A DNA stretch of 64,000 nucleotides. Source: an uncultured delta proteobacterium (GTDB lineage Bacteria; Myxococcota_A; Polyangia; Polyangiales; Polyangiaceae). Every line of letters starts with the position of its first letter. Position 1 is the stretch's first letter. Made by a program: the position numbers and the translations under genes. The notes beneath the pieces were generated by a model that was not told the origin of the DNA, did not search any database, and worked only from the letters and a program-made list of their open reading frames with translations. Of this stretch, positions 33,231-42,348 are shown piece after piece. The DNA lies in NCBI GenBank assembly GCA_963763745.1, contig CAVXQJ010000001.1, positions 2,431 to 66,430 of the forward strand, written 5' to 3'.

Positions 33231-34886
33231 GTGACTGACGCCACGCTCCTTGGTGGGCGCTACCGCCTTCTCGAACCCCTCGGCAGAGGGGGAATGGGGA
33301 CGGTGTACACGGCGATTCAGGAAGGGCTCGGGCGACGCGTCGCCGTGAAGCTCCTCGATCCGCGCCTCGTGGAAGATCGCGACCAGCTCGAGCGATTCCG
33401 GCGCGAAGCGGAGGTGGTCGCGGCGCTGGGTCATCCGAACATCGTGCAGGTCACGGATTTTCAATATCCCGACGAGGACAACCGGCAGCCGTTTCTCGTC
33501 ATGGAGCTCTTGCGGGGCGAGTCGTTCGGCGCATGCATCGCGCGTCAGACCGCGCTGCCATACGGTCGCGTCGCTTTCATCGCGGCGCAGGTGCTGTCGG
33601 CGCTCACGGCCGCTCACCGCGCGGGAGTGGTGCATCGCGACATCAAACCGGACAACGTGTTCTTGCTTTCGGACGCGGCCGTTCCGGACACGGTCAAAGT
33701 GCTCGACTTCGGCATTGCGAAGATGAGCATCGAAGGGCAGGCGAAGCTGACGGGGACGGGCGCGATGCTCGGCACGCCCGCGTTCATGGCGCCCGAGCAA
33801 GCACGCGGCGCGGTGGACGTCGACGCGCGTGCGGATCTCTACGCGGTCGGCGCGATGATGTATCAGGCGCTCACGGGCAAGCTCCCTCACGAAGCGCCGA
33901 GCGTTCCCGCGCTGCTCTTCGCGATCGTCGAGAAAAACCCTGTGCCGCTTCGCGAAGCGAGGCCCGACCTGCCCGCGGAGCTCGCGGCCATCGTCGAGCG
34001 CGCAATGGCGAAAGACAGAAACGCGCGGTTCTCCGACGCAGAGGAGATGCGACGCGCACTCGCGCCGTGGTCGGGTCTGCCGGCGAGCATGCCACCACCC
34101 GTATCCGTGACGGCGGCAACCATGGTTGGCGTCGCGACGCCTCTGTCCGAGGCGACGCCGATCGTCGTCCATCGAACACCACCGCCGAACGTGCCAGCGA
34201 CCAAGAAGGTGCCGGTGGCGGCGGAGGGTGAACCTCCGAAGCGATCGCTCGCCACCATGATCATGATCACGCTCGTCGCCATCGTCGGCGTGCTCACGCT
34301 CGGCGTGGTGCTGATCGTCTCGATTCTCGTGAAGGCTCGGGAGCCGAACACGAAGCGTGAAGAGCTGCCTGCGGTCGCGGTCTCCAGCATCGCGCTCGGT
34401 CAGACCATTGCGCAGCAAGCGATCTCGAACGTGGCGAGCAGCGTCGCGGCGCCGTCGCCTACACCGCCCGCGAGCGTTTCTTTGGCGACGGCTCCTCCAG
34501 TGCAGCACCGGTACAGCGGTTCGACGGGCTTCGTTGGCGGCAGTGACTTCAGCGATTGCCCGCAGTGCGAGTGGGAAACGTTCCGCAACGACATGGGAAT
34601 GAAGGTCGCCGAGATCAACGCTTGCTTCAAAGCATCCGAGCACGAGCCGCCCAAACACGAGAGCACGTACTACAAGGTTGGCGTCACCGCCTCGGGCGAC
34701 TACACGACGTTCGAGCTGCAGGGAGATGAGAAGATCCCGCCGCGACTCGACCGCTGCTTGACGGGCATCATCAAACGCACGCCGCTCCGCAAGCCCGGTG
34801 GCGGCGTTGGATCGTTCAAGGTCGGGTTTCGCAGCGAGTGCCCGAAGTGGGCACCGCCAGATACGCTCAAGTGGTGCGCCGATTAG
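33231..34886 (+). CDS. serine/threonine protein kinase with TM helix and extracytoplasmic C-terminal domain
   Basis: Intact 551 aa with GRGGMGTVY, VAVK, HRDIKPDNV, DFG and APE motifs. Confidence 0.85.
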   Translation: MTDATLLGGRYRLLEPLGRGGMGTVYTAIQEGLGRRVAVKLLDPRLVEDRDQLERFRREAEVVAALGHPNIVQVTDFQYPDEDNRQPFLVMELLRGESFGACIARQTALPYGRVAFIAAQVLSALTAAHRAGVVHRDIKPDNVFLLSDAAVPDTVKVLDFGIAKMSIEGQAKLTGTGAMLGTPAFMAPEQARGAVDVDARADLYAVGAMMYQALTGKLPHEAPSVPALLFAIVEKNPVPLREARPDLPAELAAIVERAMAKDRNARFSDAEEMRRALAPWSGLPASMPPPVSVTAATMVGVATPLSEATPIVVHRTPPPNVPATKKVPVAAEGEPPKRSLATMIMITLVAIVGVLTLGVVLIVSILVKAREPNTKREELPAVAVSSIALGQTIAQQAISNVASSVAAPSPTPPASVSLATAPPVQHRYSGSTGFVGGSDFSDCPQCEWETFRNDMGMKVAEINACFKASEHEPPKHESTYYKVGVTASGDYTTFELQGDEKIPPRLDRCLTGIIKRTPLRKPGGGVGSFKVGFRSECPKWAPPDTLKWCAD

Positions 34887-34893
34887 AACACAG

Positions 34894-34980
34894 CGGAGGA
34901 GAAGAGATTCGAACTCTTGGAGGGCTTGCACCCTCGCCGGTTTTCAAAACCGGTGCCATAGACCACTCGGCCACTCCTCC
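34894..34980 (-). tRNA. tRNA-Ser (anticodon TGA), type II with long variable arm
   Basis: Reverse complement reads GGAGGAG(TGGCCGAGTGGTCTATGGCA)CCGGT-TTTGAAA-ACCGG(CGAGGGTGCAAGCCCTCC)AAGAGTTCGAATCTCTT CTCCTCC G. The acceptor, D, anticodon and T arms are all base-paired. CCA is not encoded. Confidence 0.85.
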
Positions 34981-35041
34981 AAACCCGATCGGCTCTTGTC
35001 CACATAGCCGACGCACGAGACCAACGGTAGCCTGACGCGGG

Positions 35042-35668
35042 TTGACGACGATCCTTCTCCTCGCGCGCCACGGTGAGACCGCCGAAAACGCGCAGCGCGT
35101 ATTCCAAGGTCAAGGCGGCGGGCCGCTGAACGAGCGCGGGCGCGCGCAAGCGGAGCGGCTCGCGTCGCGCATCGCGAACGAAGTGGACGTGATCGTGTCG
35201 TCCGATTTGCTTCGCGCGCGCGAGACCGCGCAGTTCGCCGCGAGCGCGTCGAACGCAGCGCTGACGCTCGATCGCGCGCTGCGCGAAGTCGACGTCGGCG
35301 CGTGGACGGGGCTCTCGTACGAAGAGGTCGTCGCGCGATTCCCCGACGAGTGGAACGCGTGGCGCGCGGGCGTCGACGTGCCGCGCGGCGGCGGCGAGAC
35401 GTACGAGCATCTCGCGCAGCGCATCACCACCGCGCTCGTGCGCATCGCGAACGCTCATGCGGGAAAGCGCGTGCTCGTCGTCTCGCATGGCGCGGCGCTG
35501 CGGAGCGCGATTTGTTCCACGCTCGGGCTCGTGCCGCGCTGGAGCGCTCCGCTCGGCGCGCTCCACAACGCAGCCGTTTCGACGCTCCACTACGGCGACG
35601 GCCCGCCGCGCGTCGTCACGTACAACGACTCGGCCCACCTGGCCGGTTTGGACCCACCACTGACCTGA
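35042..35668 (+). CDS. histidine phosphatase family protein (phosphoglycerate mutase-like)
   Basis: TTG start. LARHGET catalytic motif, and RARET and SHG motifs. Confidence 0.75.
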   Translation: MTTILLLARHGETAENAQRVFQGQGGGPLNERGRAQAERLASRIANEVDVIVSSDLLRARETAQFAASASNAALTLDRALREVDVGAWTGLSYEEVVARFPDEWNAWRAGVDVPRGGGETYEHLAQRITTALVRIANAHAGKRVLVVSHGAALRSAICSTLGLVPRWSAPLGALHNAAVSTLHYGDGPPRVVTYNDSAHLAGLDPPLT

Positions 35669-35708
35669 GTTGCGGGAATTCCGAGCGGGTGCTACATCGT
35701 GCCGCCCC

Positions 35709-35948
35709 ATGGCCCGCGTCACCGTAGAAGATTGCCTCGAGCGCGAAGAGAACCGCTTCGCCCTCGTCATCCTCGCAGCGCATCGCACCCGTCAGCTCAT
35801 GAAGGGAAGCGACGCGCTCGTCCACTCGAAGAACAAAGCGGCCGTCACCGCGCTCCGCGAAATCGCGGCCGGTCACGTCCACTACGACCGCCCGACCAAC
35901 GACGCGGTGCAGGAGTGGATCGAAGGCCAGCACCGTCAGGGCATGTGA
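35709..35948 (+). CDS. rpoZ: DNA-directed RNA polymerase subunit omega
   Basis: [30 protein letters not shown] matches the RpoZ N-terminal consensus. 79 aa. Confidence 0.85.
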   Translation: MARVTVEDCLEREENRFALVILAAHRTRQLMKGSDALVHSKNKAAVTALREIAAGHVHYDRPTNDAVQEWIEGQHRQGM

Positions 35949-35955
35949 CGGGGAT

Positions 35956-36756
35956 GTGAAACGCGATCACGAGCTGCGCGTCGGCGCGCTCGCCCACTTC
36001 GAAGATCCCGCGTTCTACGCGCGCACGTACGCGCGGCGCGTCGAAGATATTGCATACTACACGCAATTGGCGCGGCGTTCTCGCGGTCCCGTGCTCGAAT
36101 ACGGAATCGGCGCGGGGCGCATCGCGATCTCGGTGGCGCACGCCGGCGCGACCGTCGTCGGAGTCGATCACTCGCGTCCGATGCTCGCCGAGCTCGCGCG
36201 CACGCTCGCGCTCCAGCCGCATGACGTTCGCCGCCGCGTCCGCGCGTGCTTCGGCGACATGCGCACGAAGAAGCTCCATCGACGCTTCCCGCTCGTCATC
36301 GCCCCGTTCAACGTGCTGCTTCATCTCTACACGCGCGTCGACGTCGAGCGCTTCCTCGCGCGCGTTCGCGAGCACCTCGCGCCCGGCGGCCGCTTCGTCA
36401 TGGATCTCTCCGTGCCGATGCCCGAGGACCTCGCGCGCGATCCACTGCGCCCGCTGCGCGCGCCGCGCTTTCGACATCCGAGCGCGGGCGTCGTCCGTTA
36501 CCAAGAGTTCTTCGATTACGATCGCGCGCGCCAAATCCTTTTCGTGACGATGGACATGACGCCCGAATCGAACCCGAGCGCCTCGTTCGTGGTTCCGCTC
36601 GCGCACAGGCAATTTTTTCCGCGCGAGTGGGAGGCGCTCCTTCACTACAACGGCTTCGCGATCGAGCATCTCTACGGAGATTTTTCGCGCGGGCCGTTCG
36701 ACACGAACAGCGACGTCATGGTCGTTCACGCTCGCAAGACGAAGAGGGCGCGTTGA
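35956..36756 (+). CDS. class I SAM-dependent methyltransferase
   Basis: GTG start. Motif I VLEYGIGAGR, and an acidic residue ending the second beta strand (VVGVDHS). Confidence 0.65.
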   Translation: MKRDHELRVGALAHFEDPAFYARTYARRVEDIAYYTQLARRSRGPVLEYGIGAGRIAISVAHAGATVVGVDHSRPMLAELARTLALQPHDVRRRVRACFGDMRTKKLHRRFPLVIAPFNVLLHLYTRVDVERFLARVREHLAPGGRFVMDLSVPMPEDLARDPLRPLRAPRFRHPSAGVVRYQEFFDYDRARQILFVTMDMTPESNPSASFVVPLAHRQFFPREWEALLHYNGFAIEHLYGDFSRGPFDTNSDVMVVHARKTKRAR

Positions 36757-37430
36757 GCATCGCGTCGGCCATCGCGGACGTGCGCGCGCGCATCGCGTCG
36801 GCGGCGCGCGCGGCGGGTCGCGATCCAACCGCGGTGAAGCTGGTCGCGGTTTCGAAGACGCACGCGCCGGACATGATTCGCGAAGCCTACGCGGCGGGGC
36901 AGCGCGCGTTCGGCGAGAGCTACGCGCAAGAGCTCGACGACAAATCGAAGGCCCTCGCGGACCTCGCCGACATCGAGTGGCACTTCATCGGTCACTTGCA
37001 GAGCAACAAGGCCAAGATCGTCACGCGGTCGGCGCGCGTGATCGAAACGGTGCACTCGGTGGAGCTCGCCGGCGAAATCGGAAAGCGCGCGGCGAGCGCG
37101 TCTCGCGCGCCGATGGACGTGCTCGTCGAGGTGAAGCTCAGCGAAGAGGCGAGCAAGCATGGCGTAGCGCCCGCGGATCTCGGCGCGCTGCTCGACGCGA
37201 TCGAAAAGGATTCGCGCCTGCGGCTGCGTGGGCTCATGACGATGCCGCCGCTCGGCGACGCGGTCGTCGCGAAGCGCGTCTTCGACGAGCTGCGCGCGCT
37301 GCGCGATCGTCACGGCGGCGCGGCGCGCTTGCCGGATCTGTCGATGGGCATGACCGGCGATTTCGAAATCGCGATCGCGTGCGGCGCGACGCTCGTGCGC
37401 ATCGGTACCGCCATTTTCGGCGCGCGCTGA
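36753..37430 (+). CDS. yggS: YggS-family pyridoxal-phosphate homeostasis protein
   Basis: TTG start overlapping the upstream stop (TTGA). LVAVSKT lysine motif and the alanine-racemase-fold pattern. 225 aa. Confidence 0.8.
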   Translation: MSIASAIADVRARIASAARAAGRDPTAVKLVAVSKTHAPDMIREAYAAGQRAFGESYAQELDDKSKALADLADIEWHFIGHLQSNKAKIVTRSARVIETVHSVELAGEIGKRAASASRAPMDVLVEVKLSEEASKHGVAPADLGALLDAIEKDSRLRLRGLMTMPPLGDAVVAKRVFDELRALRDRHGGAARLPDLSMGMTGDFEIAIACGATLVRIGTAIFGAR

Positions 37431-39209
37431 CTATTTGAAAAGACGATCGATCCAGCTCGTGCGCTTGGTTGGCGTAGCGAGCTCGTCGCGCATCGTCGTC
37501 GCGCGCGTCGATGATGGATCGAGCTCGGCCGCGCGCTTGGCGTGCGCGGCAGCCGTGTCGCGATCGGTCGCCCGGTAGAGCGTCGCGAGCTCGAGATGGA
37601 CGAGTGGCGCGCTCTCGGCGAGCGCGAGCGCGCGCATCGCATCCGCTTTGGCGCGCTCGATGCGACCGAGCCTGCGCTCGGCGATCGCCGCGGCGAGATG
37701 AGCGACCCAGCTCTCGTGCTCTTCGGCGAGCCTTCGCGCGCGCGTCGCCAGCGCTTCGAGATCGTGTGCGTCGGGCTCACTCACCGCGCGGATCGCGGCG
37801 TCGACCGCTGCTGCCGCGAGCGGGTCGCGAATTTGAAGACGCACGCGCGCAGCCTCCGCGGCGACCATCGTCCCGCGCGCGGCGAGCTCGACGGCAAGAG
37901 CGCGCTCGAGCGCCGTTTCGCGTTCGCCCATCTCGGCGAGCGCGCGCGTGTAGAGGAGCGCGGCCACGCCGTCCTTCGGCTCCCGCTCGACGAGCGCGCG
38001 CAAGAGCGACGCGAGACGCGATCCGCGCGCGACGCTCGCGGGCTCGACTTGAAGCGCGACCTGCACCGCGCGACGCAGCATGTCCACCGGCGCGACGGAG
38101 CGACTGGCGAGCGCGTGATCGACGACGCTTTGCGCGAGGGCGACGTCACCGCGATCGAGCGCCATCGTCGCGAGGTTCGCGAACGCGGGGAGGTGGTTCG
38201 CGTGAGACGCGAGGAGCTTGTTCCATTCGACTTGGGCGCCGAGCGCGTCTCCGCTCGCGAGGAGCAACACGGCGCGCTCGTTCTGTACGTAGGGATCGTT
38301 CTCGCCCAGCGCCGCAGCCGCGGCGATCGCGCGGTGCGCGCCGGCGAGGTCGCCGCGGACACGTCGCGCTTCCGCGAGGAGCGCGTGTGGAAGTGCGCGG
38401 GCCACGTCGCGCTCGATCGCGCGCTCGGCGTGTGCGATCGCATCCGGAACGCGACCGAGCCGGAGACACAGCGCGGCCGATGCGGAGTCGAGCGCTGCAG
38501 CCGGCGAGTCGTCGCGCGCGGCGTCGAGCGTGCGAAGCGCGGCTTCGAGCGCGCGCTCGTCGTTCGGGCCGCGAGCCATCTCGATTGCGATGGTCGCGAG
38601 GCGCTCGGCGGGAAACGACGCGTCGCGCGCCTCGCTCACCGCGCGTCCGAGGTGCGCGAGCGCCGCGACGACTCCGCTCGGATCCGTTCCGCTGAGCGCG
38701 CGAACGCGCCACGTCTCCGCCATGATCACGCTCTCGAGCGCGTCCCACCCGAGCCCCTCGAGCCCGCGAAGCGCGCCGACGTCACCGCCGACGCGCGCGC
38801 ACAGCGACTCGAGCGTCGTCACGATCGATCGCCCCGCGCCGTCCGCGTCGAGCACTGCTTCGAATTTCGCGCGCGCCTCGCCCGTCTTCGCGTCGAACGC
38901 GACCACGGAGAACGCGCCGCGCCCATCGCGCGGCGGATCGAACGCGCCCGTGAGCACCATCGACACGTGCGAGGGCGTCTCCTCGGCGCCCGGCATCGCG
39001 CGCCATTGCGCGCCCGTGACGAACGCTTCGACCATGCCCGTCACGCCGCCGTCGTTTCCGTGTTTGCGGATCTGCGCGAGCGCGACGTCGCCGTCTTCGA
39101 TTCGCGCGAACGCATGGACGAGCGACGCGAGCCCGAGCCCGAGGCCCTTGCCCGCGTCCGGCACGCCGAACGGAATCACGAGCGCGCGTGGCGCGTGCTT
39201 GCCGTCCAT
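37431..39209 (-). CDS. tetratricopeptide-repeat protein
   Basis: Intact 592 aa, Ala/Leu/Arg-rich, with repeated TPR-like helical pairs. Confidence 0.7.
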   Translation of the reverse strand: MDGKHAPRALVIPFGVPDAGKGLGLGLASLVHAFARIEDGDVALAQIRKHGNDGGVTGMVEAFVTGAQWRAMPGAEETPSHVSMVLTGAFDPPRDGRGAFSVVAFDAKTGEARAKFEAVLDADGAGRSIVTTLESLCARVGGDVGALRGLEGLGWDALESVIMAETWRVRALSGTDPSGVVAALAHLGRAVSEARDASFPAERLATIAIEMARGPNDERALEAALRTLDAARDDSPAAALDSASAALCLRLGRVPDAIAHAERAIERDVARALPHALLAEARRVRGDLAGAHRAIAAAAALGENDPYVQNERAVLLLASGDALGAQVEWNKLLASHANHLPAFANLATMALDRGDVALAQSVVDHALASRSVAPVDMLRRAVQVALQVEPASVARGSRLASLLRALVEREPKDGVAALLYTRALAEMGERETALERALAVELAARGTMVAAEAARVRLQIRDPLAAAAVDAAIRAVSEPDAHDLEALATRARRLAEEHESWVAHLAAAIAERRLGRIERAKADAMRALALAESAPLVHLELATLYRATDRDTAAAHAKRAAELDPSSTRATTMRDELATPTKRTSWIDRLFK

Positions 39210-39218
39210 CGCGAGATT

Positions 39219-40097
39219 CTACCGCGTGCCCGCGCGCGGGTTGAACGTGATGCGCGCGAGGAGCTTGCCTTTTCCGCCCTCGGGCGGCGCGAGCTTCATC
39301 CGTTGCATGACCTCCGCCGCGCAACCGAGCAGATCTTGATCGCCGTGAAACGGATCGATGTTCGCGGACGTCACGGCGCCGTTCTTGTCGATCGCCATGT
39401 CGTAGACGCCCCACGCCTCGACGTCTCTTCCCGACTGCCGCGCGCGCTCTTCGCACGCGTGAAGCTCCGGCTTCATGCCTTCGAGCGCGACGTATGCTTG
39501 CGCCGTGTACGAGTCGTTGCTCGTCGATTGCGAGTCCACGCCGCCGCGCGGCTGAAACACGACGGGGATCACGATCGTGTCTTTGCCTCCCGCGGGCGGA
39601 TCGAATCGCAACGCTTTGCCGACGTCGCGCATGCACGCGACGACGTCGTGCTGGAGCTCGCACGCGCCGAACGACTCCGTCTTCAAGACGCGACCGTTGG
39701 GGCCCACGCGCAGCACGATCGCGACGTGACCATATTGCGTGGGATCAGCCACGAGCCCGCGGTGGTAGCAGCTTCGAAACGCGTGACGCGTGTCCTCGAT
39801 GGCGCGCTCGGTGGGCGTTCGACCGAAATGCTCCGTCGATGCGGGCGCGCCGGCGTCATCGCCCGATGAGGCGCTGCTCGGCGGCGGCGACCAATCCGGG
39901 ATCTCCGGATACCACTCTTGTCCGAGCTCGCCCGGAGGCGGACACGCGGCGAAGCGGTCGACGCCGTCGCCGTTCACTTCGAAGTCGGCGACTTCGATGC
40001 TCGTACCGCGCGGGCCTTCGGGCGTCACGGGATGCGAAGCGCTGCCGCACGCGGCGAAGAGCAAGCACATCGATGAAAGCGCGACGCATCGAACCAT
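39219..40097 (-). CDS. lipoprotein with two tandem copies of a ~90-aa domain (AgmX/PglI-C-like)
   Basis: ATG at 40097 gives MVRCVALSSMCLLFAACGS (lipobox). The two repeat units end FDPPAGGKDTIVIPVVFQPRGG and LAPPEGGKGKLLARITFNPRAG. The rest of track ORF 39219..41306 is antisense to rarA. Confidence 0.55.
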   Translation of the reverse strand: MVRCVALSSMCLLFAACGSASHPVTPEGPRGTSIEVADFEVNGDGVDRFAACPPPGELGQEWYPEIPDWSPPPSSASSGDDAGAPASTEHFGRTPTERAIEDTRHAFRSCYHRGLVADPTQYGHVAIVLRVGPNGRVLKTESFGACELQHDVVACMRDVGKALRFDPPAGGKDTIVIPVVFQPRGGVDSQSTSNDSYTAQAYVALEGMKPELHACEERARQSGRDVEAWGVYDMAIDKNGAVTSANIDPFHGDQDLLGCAAEVMQRMKLAPPEGGKGKLLARITFNPRAGTR

Positions 40098-40130
40098 CGG
40101 AGCCGCTTCAGCATTACTATACTCCGCACC

Positions 40131-41390
40131 GTGGCCACGCTTTTCGAGCACGCCGTACAGTCCGGCCGATTGCCCGGCGCGCCTCCGCTCGCCGATCGCA
40201 TGCGACCGACGACGCTCGAGGAGTACGTCGGCCAAGGCCACTTGCTCGGGCAAGGCCGCTTTCTCGTGCGCGCGATTCGCGACGATCGCGTGCCGTCGAT
40301 GATCCTCTGGGGTCCTCCCGGCTCCGGGAAAACTTCGCTCGGGCGCGTCATCGCCGGGCAGACGAAGGCCGAGCTCGTTCACTTCAGCGCGGTGCTCGGG
40401 AGCCTCGCGGACCTTCGCGCGATCGTCGAAGACGCGCGTCGTCGTCGCGCTGACAGCGGCAAGCGCACGATCGTCTTCGTCGACGAGATTCACCGCTTCA
40501 ACAAGGCGCAGCAGGACGCATTTCTTCCGCACGTGGAAGCGGGGACGATCGTGCTCGTCGGCGCGACGACGGAGAACCCGTCCTTCGCGGTGAACGCGGC
40601 GCTCCTCTCGCGGTGCAAAGTCTTCCGGCTCGATCCGCTCGCCGAAGAAAATCTCGTCGCTCTCCTTCGTCGCGCGCTGACGGAAGAAACGCGCGGCCTC
40701 GGCTCGATGCACCTCGAAGCCGACGACGATGCGCTCCGTGCGATCGCGAAAGACGCGAGAGGCGACGCGCGTCGCGCGCTGACGACGCTCGAGATGGTCG
40801 CGCAACATGCATCCAAGAAGATCGATTTGGCGACGCTGACCGAAGCGCATACGCACGCGCCGCTGCTCTACGACAAGGCCGGCGAGGAGCACTACAACGT
40901 CGTCTCGGCGTTCATCAAATCGATGCGCGGATCGGATCCCGACGCCGCGATCTATTGGATGATGCGCATGCTCGAAGCCGGCGACGATCCGTTGTTCGTC
41001 GCGCGTCGCATGATCATCTTCGCGAGCGAGGACATCGGCAACGCGGACGCGCAAGCGCTCGTCGTCGCCAACGCGGCGGACCAAGCGTTTCGTCGGCTCG
41101 GCATGCCCGAAGGAATTTATCCGCTCGCGCACGCCGCGCTCTACCTCGCGAACGCGCCGAAATCGAACGCAGTGAAGAACGCATGGCAGCGCGCGAAGGC
41201 CGCGATCGACGAGCATGGCGCGCTCCCCGTCCCGCTGAAGCTCCGCAACGCGCCTACGAAGCTGATGAAGAACGAGGGCTACGGCAAAGACTACAAATAC
41301 CCGCACGACTACGAAGACGCCGTCGTCCCGGGCGAAACCTACCTACCCGACGCCCTCACCGGCGCGACCTTTTTCGAGAAGAAGAAATAG
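40131..41390 (+). CDS. rarA: replication-associated recombination protein A (AAA+ ATPase)
   Basis: Residue-level match to RarA/MgsA: ILWGPPGSGKTSL, VDEIHRFNKAQQDAFLP, GATTENPSF, SRCKVF, FASEDIGNAD, LRNAPTKLMK. Confidence 0.9.
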   Translation: MATLFEHAVQSGRLPGAPPLADRMRPTTLEEYVGQGHLLGQGRFLVRAIRDDRVPSMILWGPPGSGKTSLGRVIAGQTKAELVHFSAVLGSLADLRAIVEDARRRRADSGKRTIVFVDEIHRFNKAQQDAFLPHVEAGTIVLVGATTENPSFAVNAALLSRCKVFRLDPLAEENLVALLRRALTEETRGLGSMHLEADDDALRAIAKDARGDARRALTTLEMVAQHASKKIDLATLTEAHTHAPLLYDKAGEEHYNVVSAFIKSMRGSDPDAAIYWMMRMLEAGDDPLFVARRMIIFASEDIGNADAQALVVANAADQAFRRLGMPEGIYPLAHAALYLANAPKSNAVKNAWQRAKAAIDEHGALPVPLKLRNAPTKLMKNEGYGKDYKYPHDYEDAVVPGETYLPDALTGATFFEKKK

Positions 41391-41417
41391 ACAGGGAGAA
41401 AGGGAGAGAAGGAGAAA

Positions 41418-41434
41418 GTTTTTGGTTCAAAAAC
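41418..41434. terminator. perfect 7-bp stem / 3-nt loop hairpin (GTTTTTG-GTT-CAAAAAC) between convergent rarA and a small TPR-like gene, flanked by a 28-nt GA tract and a CT-rich tract
   Basis: Read directly from the sequence in a 104-bp intergenic region of ~45% GC in a ~69% GC genome. Confidence 0.45.
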
Positions 41435-41494
41435 ATTTCTTCCCCAAATCATCTCCCATTCTCCCACGCTCCCTGTCGACTTCTTCTTCTCTTC

Positions 41495-41803
41495 TCAAGT
41501 GAGCGCGTCGAGCGCGCTCTCGAGCTCGCCGAGCGCGTGCGAGTCGCGCTTCGCGGTCGCCACGGTGATGCCCGCTTCGAGCCATGCGCGCGCTTCCGCG
41601 CGACCCGCGTCCGCGAGCATCTGTCCGCACATCAGATACATCGGCACGTAGTCCGCGTTCTTCGCGCGGAGCGACTCGAACGTTTTCAGCGCGTCGTCGA
41701 CGCGTCCGAGCGTTTTGTATTCGAGCGCGAGCCCGTACCACGCGAATGGATCCGTCGAGCCTTCGCTCGTGATCTTCTCGAGATACGCGAGCCGCTTGCT
41801 CAT
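41495..41803 (-). CDS. small TPR-like protein
   Basis: Internal ATG gives MSKRLAYLEKITSEGSTDPFAWYGLALEYKTLGR...YVPMY... helical repeats. 102 aa. Confidence 0.5.
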   Translation of the reverse strand: MSKRLAYLEKITSEGSTDPFAWYGLALEYKTLGRVDDALKTFESLRAKNADYVPMYLMCGQMLADAGRAEARAWLEAGITVATAKRDSHALGELESALDALT

Positions 41804-41811
41804 CGGCTCGG

Positions 41812-42336
41812 TCACGCGCGTTCCACGACGCCGATGAACGGCAGGTTGCGGTGCTTCTCGGCGAAATCGAGCCCGTAACCGACGACGAATTTGTCTTCGA
41901 TCGTGAAGCCCAAATAATCGATCTTCACCTGCACGCGCGAGCGCACCGGTTTGTGGAGCAGCGCGCACACCTTCACGCTGCGCGGGTTGCGCGTGCGGAG
42001 GAGATCCATCAAGTGCGCGATGGTGAGGCCCGTGTCGACGATGTCCTCGACGATGAGGATGTCCTCATGCTCGATGGGGCGCGAAAGGTCTTGCGTGATT
42101 TGCACGACGCCGCTCGACTCGGTCCCCTCGCCGTACGAACGCACGCCGAGAAAATCGATGCGAAGCGGAAGATCGATCGCGCGCGCGAGGTCCGCGGCGA
42201 AGACGAAGCTCCCCTTCAGCACGCAAATGAGCACGAGCGAGCCATCCGCGTAGTCCTTCGTGATTTGCGCGCCGAGCTCGTGGACTCGTTTTTGGATTTG
42301 CTCGCGGTCGAGCATCGTGACGATTCGCTCCGACAT
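41812..42336 (-). CDS. hpt: hypoxanthine phosphoribosyltransferase
   Basis: [15 protein letters not shown]...[17 protein letters not shown]-binding motif. 174 aa. Confidence 0.9.
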   Translation of the reverse strand: MSERIVTMLDREQIQKRVHELGAQITKDYADGSLVLICVLKGSFVFAADLARAIDLPLRIDFLGVRSYGEGTESSGVVQITQDLSRPIEHEDILIVEDIVDTGLTIAHLMDLLRTRNPRSVKVCALLHKPVRSRVQVKIDYLGFTIEDKFVVGYGLDFAEKHRNLPFIGVVERA

Positions 42337-42348
42337 GACGGTGGACGA

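Noticed and set aside
34894-34980. Integrated prophage or genomic island at the tRNA-Ser
   Set aside because: No integrase, excisionase, phage structural genes or obvious tRNA 3'-end direct repeat in the window. The compositional signal is weak.
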